Of a stretch of DNA of 64,000 nucleotides, positions 9,823-18,900 are shown piece after piece. The first letter of the stretch is position 1. Every line of letters starts with the position of its first letter. Source of the DNA: a virus. Taxonomy: Duplodnaviria; Caudoviricetes. The notes beneath the pieces were generated by a model, which worked only from the letters and a program-made list of their open reading frames with translations, was not told where the DNA came from and did not search any database. Position numbers and translations under genes: made by a program. The stretch lies in the IMG/VR virus record IMGVR_UViG_3300033067_000859, positions 15,157 to 79,156 of that record; one strand, 5' to 3'.

Positions 9823-10639
9823 AGTGGGTAATAATAGCAGATGTGGGAAAGTGCTTATGATGATAATGAAACGGCAATCGCTGCCTCTGGAATCCTACTG
9901 TTAGATGCTGTCTGTCAAGTTGATACTGTAAATAATCCATCCAAACGGCATTAGTGTCCCATCCCTGTATTGCGCCCTTCATGTGTGTAAACATTGGCAC
10001 AGAACCCGGAATATGACACCGATCTTGTCCGTATAATCTAGCAGCCAACGCAAATACTAGATCAGTACTTGCTGGCTCGAGCTCGGCATTCTTAAGAATA
10101 CTAGTCTTGACGTACTGCCAATTTTTGAAAATAGATTCTGCATACGAAAAAAATTCAGCCGTGTCACTAGTTTTTTTGAAGTAATAGAATCCTGCATAAA
10201 CATCTAACAAATTGTTATCGTCGAATACTTTTCTATATTCTCTAGTAGTTGCTACTTTTTCATTATATGCAGCAACTCGGGTCGTAAAGCATACATCCTT
10301 TATAGATAAAATGTCCCACCAGTGGTCAATGCTAGAAGGAATAATCATATCGCACTCGAGTTTAATAGTTTCGTCAAATGGACTGGCCATTAATGCCTTC
10401 CATTCATTTTGCATTTTCCATTTAGAATCTCTAGCATCGTCGCCGAGTGGTACCGGTATAATGTAATCAAACACTGCTCTATGCTTGTCTGTAATTAGCT
10501 TCTCGGTTGCAGGATCGACTACAACGGCGTACTGGTTTACTCGATTTGATACTTTAATGCTCAGTGCCTGTAAATAGGCCAGTGTGAGATAGTCAACATC
10601 TGTGCTATTTTGTGCAAAGGTAAGAAATCCTCTATTCAT
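9788..10639 (-). CDS. GT8-like glycosyltransferase
   Basis: SPFDETIKLECDM (DxD variant), YAGFYYF and FTHMK; paralogue of the next gene. Confidence 0.65.
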   Translation of the reverse strand: MNRGFLTFAQNSTDVDYLTLAYLQALSIKVSNRVNQYAVVVDPATEKLITDKHRAVFDYIIPVPLGDDARDSKWKMQNEWKALMASPFDETIKLECDMIIPSSIDHWWDILSIKDVCFTTRVAAYNEKVATTREYRKVFDDNNLLDVYAGFYYFKKTSDTAEFFSYAESIFKNWQYVKTSILKNAELEPASTDLVFALAARLYGQDRCHIPGSVPMFTHMKGAIQGWDTNAVWMDYLQYQLDRQHLTVGFQRQRLPFHYHHKHFPTSAIITHYETLYKTTHNQ

Positions 10640-11466
10640 TGTGCCAGTACCCGCAACTGATTTAATATAGTGTGATCAACAATAGTATCTTTATTCATAA
10701 TGTGAACATTGGTATTCCTTACCCTTGTAACTTTACGAACCCCATCAGATTCAGTCCATGTGAACACTATTTCGCCATTGGGCCTAACCTGTGCAATTTC
10801 TACAGGTGTTGCTGCGGAGACTAATTTACCGGGTATCGGCGTAAAGTTATTCTCACTATATCCAGTAAGTGTCTGCAACGCAATGCTTATCGTATAATCG
10901 TTTCTAAAAAGCTCTGTGCTAAAATTATAAAGACCCGAATAGTAGTTGTAATTTTGTTTAATAGTGTCCATAAAGCCAAATACAGCCTCTGCTAACTGGC
11001 ATTTAGTAAAGTAGACAACCGTGGCCCATTGCATGTGGAGTCCCGGATACCCAACCCTTGCACCACGCTGTAAACTTTCCCAGCCAGTTATTTCGTGTAC
11101 ATGGTTGTAACAAGCAAACTCTAAATCGGTATCGAACAAACTAGCTAAACTATTGTTAAACATCAAAAAGTCTGCGTCAATTAGCAGAGTCTGATCATAC
11201 GGACTCAAATCGTATGCACTGCTACGATTTTGATTATGCCACACTGTGCGCTCTGTACGAGTAGCAAACTTGAAAACTCGCTCGCCTCGACTGTTTGATT
11301 TTTGAATAATAACTTGATCAAACACTGATGTGTCTACATCCTCTGTATCTGTTATAAGTGTTACAGGAAGCCCTAGATGCTTTTTGGCCAATTGGGCAGC
11401 AATTGTAGCAATGCTTACATAGTCGAGCTTAGAATTGTAGGCAAATATTACAACACCTTTAGACAT
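10636..11466 (-). CDS. GT8-like glycosyltransferase
   Basis: SPYDQTLLIDADF (DxD), FRND and VHIMNK; start set to MSKGVVIF at 11466. Confidence 0.7.
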   Translation of the reverse strand: MSKGVVIFAYNSKLDYVSIATIAAQLAKKHLGLPVTLITDTEDVDTSVFDQVIIQKSNSRGERVFKFATRTERTVWHNQNRSSAYDLSPYDQTLLIDADFLMFNNSLASLFDTDLEFACYNHVHEITGWESLQRGARVGYPGLHMQWATVVYFTKCQLAEAVFGFMDTIKQNYNYYSGLYNFSTELFRNDYTISIALQTLTGYSENNFTPIPGKLVSAATPVEIAQVRPNGEIVFTWTESDGVRKVTRVRNTNVHIMNKDTIVDHTILNQLRVLAQ

Positions 11467-11779
11467 TTGCTGCCCGGCGAATTCGATTAGATGATTGGAA
11501 GTCTGTATACCACACATCCATTGCATGAAGGTATGCGCCTTTGAGACGGCCCATTAAGGCTAGACGATTAACTAATACCGGAGTTTCGTAAGCATCTTCT
11601 ACAATTATGTTATCTTCTTCCCAGCTACTCAAGAAGGAAATAAGAGCCGGAGTTGCAATAAAGAGACCACCGTTATAAGGCACCGATAACAGTGCCTGCG
11701 AAGATTCTTTAATAGTTTTTCTGTGAACTGCCCGATCAAATTCGGCATCAGCAAGAGCTTTGAGTTTATCTGGATCCAT
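11459..11779 (-). CDS. hypothetical protein, possible fibre-assembly chaperone
   Basis: First gene after a late promoter and adjacent to fibre genes. Confidence 0.55.
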   Translation of the reverse strand: MDPDKLKALADAEFDRAVHRKTIKESSQALLSVPYNGGLFIATPALISFLSSWEEDNIIVEDAYETPVLVNRLALMGRLKGAYLHAMDVWYTDFQSSNRIRRAANV

Positions 11780-11782
11780 GAT

Positions 11783-11814
11783 TGATTAAATACCGTGTTT
11801 ACAGTATTTAATCA
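11783..11814 (-). promoter_or_regulatory. late promoter TTAAATA (11811-11805) embedded in an 11-bp inverted repeat
   Basis: TGATTAAATAC (11783-11793) pairs with GTATTTAATCA (11804-11814). Confidence 0.7.
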
Positions 11815-11833
11815 TCATAACATTGTGGCAAAA

Positions 11834-12874
11834 TTAAGATATCACTTGACTCGGGGCTATTGTATACCCTAGCCAGGGAGCAGTGTCGAGAAACGCCGCA
11901 GATGGACGGCTGACTACTAGATTAGAGCGCATACTGCTAACCATAGTATCATTGTAGTTGCCAATTGGCGACAGTGCCGAACCATTTACAAAAGAGGCAA
12001 TCACAGTAACAGTCTTGCCTAAGTTTCCGTTGATGTTATCGTTGTCGGTAACTGACATTTCAACCTTTAGATAATCTAAATCACTGCCGTATCCATATCT
12101 GTAATCGTATGAATAATTCTGATAAGCATAGCCTACATAATTTTGCTGGAAGTGCTTTACTAATGAAGATCCAACATTCCGATGCGCCCAAAATCCGCCA
12201 TTGTCTTGATCTAATACAAAGTCCTTGTCTCCGTAGTAGTCGCCTGGCTGGCTATCATTTTTCAGTGTATTTTTGTAACCGATTACAATTGTACCAGCAG
12301 CCTGACACATGTCAGTCCAAAACAGTGTTCTTGGAGTAGTCACGCTTGCTACTGTAGAGAAACTTAGCTTTAGCTTGCCACCTGCATTAAAAAAGTGTCT
12401 AGCTGCATCGGCTGTAGGAAATGTCACTGTATGAATCAACTTTAGGGTCGTTGAATTCTGTTGTCCCCATGTAGCAGTGTATGAAGACGTCACCGGAGCA
12501 TCGTCGCTACTCGAGTAAGACAATCCCACATTGTCGTATGCTAACTGAATGTTTGGTGCGTAAGTTGATCTCGGTCTAATGAGTTCTCCAGTATCGAGTG
12601 CGTACTGCCCTGCATATGTCCCGGGACCCTGCTGATGATCGCGCATCCTAACAATCACAGCATCTAAGTTATTCCACTCGTCTTTAGTAACAACGTCACC
12701 AACTTCAACGGGTGCAATATACTCATCGCTTTGGCCGTATCCGTACGGACCGAACCCTGTGCCCCAGAGTAGGCCTGCACTAGGTGCGCCAGCAGTCAAA
12801 GTTCCGTCTTCGCTGCCAGTAGCAAGGATGTTATAATCACCCTTGCGAATAATGTTACCAGTTACGTATGCCAT
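11834..12874 (-). CDS. virion structural protein (fibre/collar-like)
   Basis: G/T/S/Y-rich beta-type composition; lies in the fibre operon. Confidence 0.6.
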   Translation of the reverse strand: MAYVTGNIIRKGDYNILATGSEDGTLTAGAPSAGLLWGTGFGPYGYGQSDEYIAPVEVGDVVTKDEWNNLDAVIVRMRDHQQGPGTYAGQYALDTGELIRPRSTYAPNIQLAYDNVGLSYSSSDDAPVTSSYTATWGQQNSTTLKLIHTVTFPTADAARHFFNAGGKLKLSFSTVASVTTPRTLFWTDMCQAAGTIVIGYKNTLKNDSQPGDYYGDKDFVLDQDNGGFWAHRNVGSSLVKHFQQNYVGYAYQNYSYDYRYGYGSDLDYLKVEMSVTDNDNINGNLGKTVTVIASFVNGSALSPIGNYNDTMVSSMRSNLVVSRPSAAFLDTAPWLGYTIAPSQVIS

Positions 12875-12877
12875 GTT

Positions 12878-14173
12878 TTACAAGCTTATTCTAACAATTG
12901 CTTCTACTAGACCCACGTCTGCGGAGTCCTTGTTGGCTAAGGCACGGCCAATAACGTTCCACGGAGTAATTTCTTCACGGCTAGCTGCACGAGCCAAACC
13001 GTTTCCGGCGCTCACTAGTCTATCATTCTTCTTAACTAGGCCAATGACTTTAACAGGAACACGGCCCACGCTAGCTACTGCGGGATGAGTTTCGTCGGTG
13101 CCGGCTTTGCTATTCATTAAGTATGCAGGATCTGTACTAATTACCCCAAATACATCTTCGGACAATTCATCAGTAACCAGTGTGATCTCTTTATTGCCGC
13201 CTAGAGCAACTACGGTACCAGGCTCGTATGCTTGGTCAGCTTCAAAACGCTCAGCCAAGTCAGCATATTGTGCGCTAGTTGCTACACCATGGAATGTAGT
13301 AGCATATACATCTTTTAATCCGTAAGCCTCAGTACCAATGCTCCAGCGATCAGGATCTAAAAGAGTAACGTCGCCTCCCAGAATCAAAGAACTGGGGTTA
13401 TTAAGTTGTACAGTATCGGCAATTTCTTGAACACTACCAGTACTATCTCTTCTAACATAGTTTACTGGAGCGATGCCACCAAGTCTTAGAGAATTTTCAA
13501 CAGTTCCCCAGATTGTATTTCGCGGTACGCTAGCATACTCTCCAACATTGTATTCGCCCAAGTCTGCCAAGGTAAATCCTGGACGAACTGTTTGGTCGTA
13601 TCCTTCGATGTAAAATCCAACTACTTTAGAATCAGCATCGGCTATATAAGGAGTTGGATCCTTGCTCCAAATTCCCGTTATAACATCGTTAACATAAAAC
13701 TTAATAACTACGTGATCAACCCCGTATGTATCACGAATGGTATCAGGTATTGCGCCAGTTACACCCTCACTAACACTCCAAAGTGGACCAATTAAGACCC
13801 AGCCGCGCTCGGTTCCCGAGAAAGTCTTGAGCTGTTCGTTAACAGTATCCCACCACTGATCGCCTAAATTTGGATTTGGCGGAGGGGTCGGACTGGCTGT
13901 TGCAGACCCGATGTTCTTCCATGTATCATTTGCAGTGCGGACTTTCATAGTCTTTGCGCCTGCATCATACCACAACTGTCCAGTCAACGGATTAGTTGGC
14001 TCTGCTGCATTTGCAAAGTTTTCGAGCAAGTAAACGAAATTTTCGTTCATAAGTGCCCCGTACCCTGCAAAGTTTTTACCAATTAGGTTTAAACTAGTGT
14101 AGTTTATATCTACTGTGCCATCAGCTACTGTTACTAATGATTCACCGTTAGACAGTGTTATGTTATATGCCAT
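12878..14173 (-). CDS. tail fibre protein with a C-terminal autocleaving chaperone-like domain
   Basis: N-terminal LLENFAN..GQLWYD anchor repeat; C-terminal QYADLAERFEAD..GTVV..GVIS..GRVPVKV. Confidence 0.75.
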   Translation of the reverse strand: MAYNITLSNGESLVTVADGTVDINYTSLNLIGKNFAGYGALMNENFVYLLENFANAAEPTNPLTGQLWYDAGAKTMKVRTANDTWKNIGSATASPTPPPNPNLGDQWWDTVNEQLKTFSGTERGWVLIGPLWSVSEGVTGAIPDTIRDTYGVDHVVIKFYVNDVITGIWSKDPTPYIADADSKVVGFYIEGYDQTVRPGFTLADLGEYNVGEYASVPRNTIWGTVENSLRLGGIAPVNYVRRDSTGSVQEIADTVQLNNPSSLILGGDVTLLDPDRWSIGTEAYGLKDVYATTFHGVATSAQYADLAERFEADQAYEPGTVVALGGNKEITLVTDELSEDVFGVISTDPAYLMNSKAGTDETHPAVASVGRVPVKVIGLVKKNDRLVSAGNGLARAASREEITPWNVIGRALANKDSADVGLVEAIVRISL

Positions 14174-14206
14174 TCTTATTGCTCCGCAATTCTTAATTTA
14201 TACCTG

Positions 14207-14213
14207 TATTTAC
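14207..14213 (-). promoter_or_regulatory. late promoter GTAAATA overlapping a stop codon
   Basis: TAA stop of 14210-15226 is part of the motif; GGAG SD precedes ATG 14173. Confidence 0.55.
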
Positions 14214-15226
14214 CAGGTTGTGCCATCCCATGGCATACGCTTCCAAATGTCCCCGACGCCGTTATAGCTGCCGAAACAGTAATATATGTATCCTGTGTCA
14301 AATGCAATTTTACCAGGAATATCTCCCACTTTGCCTTTGCTTGTAGTAGGAGGAGTGCCGCCACTAAATGCCGATGTAGATTGCAACGATGTGCCATCGT
14401 TAAATCTCACCGCAGTAGTATAAACATCCGTCCATCGATGACTTGCATCCCCCAAGGATGCTGTTAAATTACCAGTAGGAATCAACTTAACCCCGCCTAC
14501 TAATAGACTAGCAGAGCCTAGTGGGTTAATCGTAATAGCAGTACCTAGAGCAGTTCCACTAATTGTGTGCCCAGTAAAGTCCAATGATCCTGTTAATCCG
14601 GGCCCTTGTGGACCAGTAGCACCAGTAGCACCTGTATCCCCTTTAGGACCATCGGCGCCAATAGGGCCGCTTGCTCCTCTGCTACCTGTATACCCAGACT
14701 CACCTGCAGGGCCAGTTGCACCCCTACTACCTGTATATCCAATTGGTCCAACTACTGTACTTGCAGAACCTACGTATCCAGTGTCGCCACGCGGACCTGT
14801 TGCACCAGCATCACCAATAGGGCCAATTTGCCCTTGTATTCCGGTTGGGCCGGCAGATCCAGTGTATCCACGGTATCCTTGTGGGCCAGTATCTCCAACA
14901 GGACCTGTAGCGCCAGTTGGGCCAGGTAATCCGCTAGGACCGGATGCTCCCGGGGGCCCTTCTTCCGAAAATAAATTCCATCGGTTGTCGGCCCAGTACT
15001 CAAACTGCTTGGCCCTAGAATTAAACCAGATTTGCCCGTCAATGGGGTTTTCTGGAGGTGTAGCATTGGCAAAATTTTCCAACAATCTTATAAAATTGTC
15101 TGCTACAAACTCTCCGTAGCCATTGGCGCCTCGACCAACAAGATAAAGCCCTGTAGAATTATCAATTAATCCATCTTGTAGAATTAATTGAATAGATCCA
15201 TTTGTTTTACGTACTACATACGGCAT
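14210..15226 (-). CDS. collagen-like fibre protein
   Basis: 22 plus 17 Gly-X-Y triplets; same N-terminal LLENFAN..GQIWF domain as 12878-14173. Confidence 0.85.
   Translation of the reverse strand: MPYVVRKTNGSIQLILQDGLIDNSTGLYLVGRGANGYGEFVADNFIRLLENFANATPPENPIDGQIWFNSRAKQFEYWADNRWNLFSEEGPPGASGPSGLPGPTGATGPVGDTGPQGYRGYTGSAGPTGIQGQIGPIGDAGATGPRGDTGYVGSASTVVGPIGYTGSRGATGPAGESGYTGSRGASGPIGADGPKGDTGATGATGPQGPGLTGSLDFTGHTISGTALGTAITINPLGSASLLVGGVKLIPTGNLTASLGDASHRWTDVYTTAVRFNDGTSLQSTSAFSGGTPPTTSKGKVGDIPGKIAFDTGYIYYCFGSYNGVGDIWKRMPWDGTTW
14597..14959 (-). repeat. Gly-X-Y collagen repeat (coding)
   Basis: GPPGASGPS...GPQGPG with one STVV interruption; many GxT triplets. Confidence 0.9.
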
Positions 15227-15229
15227 ATT

Positions 15230-15925
15230 TTATCCTGTGCTAGTTAAGTTTGTGATAGTTTGAACTCGTACAGTGTACTCAATTTGAATTAATCGATTAG
15301 ATGACTTTTGAACTGGGTGAAACACCACATGCGTTAGCAGTTTACCAAGACCGGGGCCAGCCTCAGTGTAGGCTTTTAGTCCCAGTTCGTCAAACACAAA
15401 TCCGCCGTCAATAGTTTGACTATTATCAAAAGGGGTTTGGCCCACATTTAGCAAGTTTCCGGGACTGTATAAGTTAGGCTCACCGTAATCAAGCAAACAA
15501 GTAACTAAGATATCTGTATAAACAGTGCCCGGAACATGACGTACTTCCATTTTGTTCCTAGTGGGATCTGCATTATTGACACTAGTATTGTCGACATTTT
15601 TATAAAATGCAGGATTGTACAAGTCACTGTTTTGAGTTCTAGTGTTGGCCGGCAAGTAATTGATTACGCCAGTTGGATCAACGGTGGTTCCGCCATTACC
15701 AAAATGCATTTCGCAAATAAAATTACGCCCTTTGTTGGCAAGACTATATGCCATTGCCTCACTCATATTTTCGTAATGTATAGCATTGGGCTTGTCAACA
15801 AAGACTTCTCCCGTTTCGGGATCAGAAATCTTAATGTGTCCCCTGATGTAAACGCCCGATGTGTCGTCGGGCACCACTGGCTGGGGCTGTTGATTTGTTA
15901 TTTCTTGGTCAAGATCTTGGTTCAT
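15230..15925 (-). CDS. virion structural protein (baseplate-associated)
   Basis: Follows the giant wedge gene; start set to ATG 15925, 5 nt after ATAAATA (15937-15931). Confidence 0.65.
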   Translation of the reverse strand: MNQDLDQEITNQQPQPVVPDDTSGVYIRGHIKISDPETGEVFVDKPNAIHYENMSEAMAYSLANKGRNFICEMHFGNGGTTVDPTGVINYLPANTRTQNSDLYNPAFYKNVDNTSVNNADPTRNKMEVRHVPGTVYTDILVTCLLDYGEPNLYSPGNLLNVGQTPFDNSQTIDGGFVFDELGLKAYTEAGPGLGKLLTHVVFHPVQKSSNRLIQIEYTVRVQTITNLTSTG

Positions 15926-15936
15926 ATTTTTATTTA

Positions 15937-18900
15937 TCATGACAAATTATGTGGGTTTTGCTTCACAAATAGTGCTGCTGGGTGCTGGCTAGCAATAAAC
16001 CCAGAGCCATCAGTTGGAGTTCCAGTTCCAGGATTTAACCAGACTTTATCCTCTACGTATGTGGCTGTGAAGCGAATGCCGTCGGCAAAATCACTAGCTC
16101 TAGCAAATACTATGCTAACTTTTGTTGTATTATTAGAATTGGATATACTAATTGTGTAATCTACGTCAACTGTTAACAAAGTAACACTATTTCGAACTTG
16201 TAAAGAGTTCTTAACTAATTCGATGTTGTTTGATACTGCAAAAGTTGGTACAAATACTGGATTTCTAGCAGTAAACACAAATGCATCAGTATGTTCTATC
16301 GTAGTTTCAGGAATAACCCTGTGATAACTTTGATCCTCAACTACAGACCCCGCTGCATGTACTTCCGGTGTACTAGTGCCGTTAACTCCTCGTATTGGAT
16401 TTTTAATAGCATTTAGTGCATTATCAATTTGCCAGAATTCAATTTTTTCTCCGCCAATGTAGATCATACCAGGGACGCGAAGTCCTGGGTTTGGAAGAGT
16501 TACATTGTCCAGAGTTTCTACGTAAATTCTATCGTCGTCGTATCGCAAATCTTGAACAAGTTTAGTTGTTTTTGCAGACGAGACTACTAGATACGAAGTA
16601 ACGTCCCTAGAGTCTTTGTCAATTCTGTATATGTACTTGACACCAGCAAGATCGTCATCAGTTTCGACCCTAATACTCAAACTATCTGCGGTTACCCCAG
16701 GAATTAACTCTTCCGGTGCATAAGATTTAGTAACATCAAAGAAGCTACCGCCCGAGATGCTAATTTGAGACGGGTCATTTACTGTAGGAATACTTGTACC
16801 AGTAGCAGAACTTTCGTTGTATACGCTAGGGTCATTGGACACTACGTTGTATGCATACTCTAGTCCAGGAATTATCCTAGTTAAGTCTATGTTTCCAAAT
16901 TCATCAAACTCTTTTGGAACTTGATTAGGGCCGGGCACATATGTTGCTGCTATTCTATCATTGGCGTTAGTATATTCGCTGCCCTTAATTGGTGCAAAAT
17001 TGCCCGAAACAAAAGATTGACTCGAATGTGCTACATTGCAACGATATCCTTGACCACGATAGCTTACCATGTCGCCTGCTTGATACTGGATGCCAGCAAT
17101 CCACTCACGCACCTGTGTAGTGTACGAAGTTCGGTCAAACTTCATTACTGTTTTTACAGAACGAACTTTGCGATTAGATATATTTGCATATGCCCTAGCA
17201 TATGCGCCATCCCCGTTTATAATCACGTGAGGAGTACTCTTATATCCCGATCCACTATTTAGGACGTTGATTTGAACAACTTTTCCACTAACATTATCTA
17301 TCACTGCTTCAGCAGTTGCTCCGCTTCCGCCATCGCTGTTGGCAACAATCTTAACTGTTGGTGGCACAGTATACCCGTATCCAGGATTACTAATTGAAAT
17401 AGATTCAACGCCAAATGTAAAGTTTTTAGACCAATCCTTGTACTCAGACTGCAAGAACAGAGCACCGTCTTTTGTAGGCATCTCCCCACTTGGGCTTCGG
17501 AATCTGCCCAGCTCGGTATCGAAGTACCCAGGCAAGTCAAAGTCAGTGGTATTAGCATACGCATGATCGATGCCAGAATACTCAATGGTGTATTCTCTAA
17601 TCTTTGTTCGGTATGGCTTAACTTCATTGATATAATCTTCGTAGTAATCGTGATTATCTCTAATAAAGTTAGGGTAGGCCTTTAGCTCTTTGATTTTGTG
17701 AAGAACTGATATAAAGCTAGTTTTAAAGATCCAGTCTACGTTTTGTTGCTCACTTAGAATATATCGAATAACAACAAACAAGAACTCGTTGTAATTGTCA
17801 ACTAAATCGTCAACAAACATATCCTGCTCTAACCCAGTTATTAACTGACGAAGCTCTTCGCTGTAATCTCTGTCAAATCCAACTTCTTCAAATGAGTTAT
17901 TGTCAAACCCAACGTTGTTTTGCTCAACATCCCAGATAGTATCAAGTAATTTGATAGTACCGTTTTCAACAGCCACTAATTCGGCTGTGTCCTTTGTTGT
18001 ATACTGGTATACTTCAAATCCGCCAGTGGCCGAGCTGTTGACTCGTACAATGTCCCCGGGCACTAATGCCAATCTTTCAGTGTCCTTTAGATACTCTACA
18101 ATATATTTAGGTTTTGTTTCGGGATCGAATCCTTCTTTGTACCAGTTAGTGTATGTCCATAGGTCCGGAGTTTTGAACGATTGATTCTTGACTAGATCCC
18201 ATGTACCGTCGGTCAGGACTTCATACAAAGTCCATAGCCCCATAAAGTTTTCGTCGTTGGCTACTAATGTGCGTTCGCCAACTACCTTAACAACATACTC
18301 ACGTTCAACAAGGTCAGCAACACGGTGTTGGTATTCGGACGCCACAGGCTCTGCATCAACCCCAAAGAATTTAGCACTAGAAAACTTAGAACTATTCTGT
18401 AACTTGTAAGATGCAGTTGTGGTCGCAAAAACTTTGTTAACAAATTGCACTACGTTTTTCAGTGCCTCGTGCCTGTTGTTGACTAAGGTTTGTCTTGGTC
18501 TCACTTCAAGTCCTATGCGCTGACTTGGCTTCAACTTAGCATCGGGCACTCTTCTCAATTCATTGTCAGCACCTGCAAGACTGTCAACTAACTTGTTAAC
18601 GATCCTAGGTGGCATCACAGTATCTGACGAGCCTTCCTTAATTAATTCAAACTCGCTGTGAATTAAGTTAGAATTCAGAACATGGTCGTAATCTACTTTT
18701 AGAATAACATTCTTACCACTTATGAGATTGTCGCAGTTAAATAGCGCCACGCTGCTATCCGAAAGAATTGCAGCATAAGGAATACCTTGCGACTTAGGAT
18801 CTTGTAATGCATCCTCTATTGCAGCCGCACTTAACGGCCTGCTAACATCAGATTCAATTGATGTGATGCCACGTACCCAGAAATAGTACTTGGTCTTAAT

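Noticed and set aside
14565-15119. Plus-strand Pro/Val-rich ORFs
   Set aside because: They are antisense shadows of the collagen repeat.
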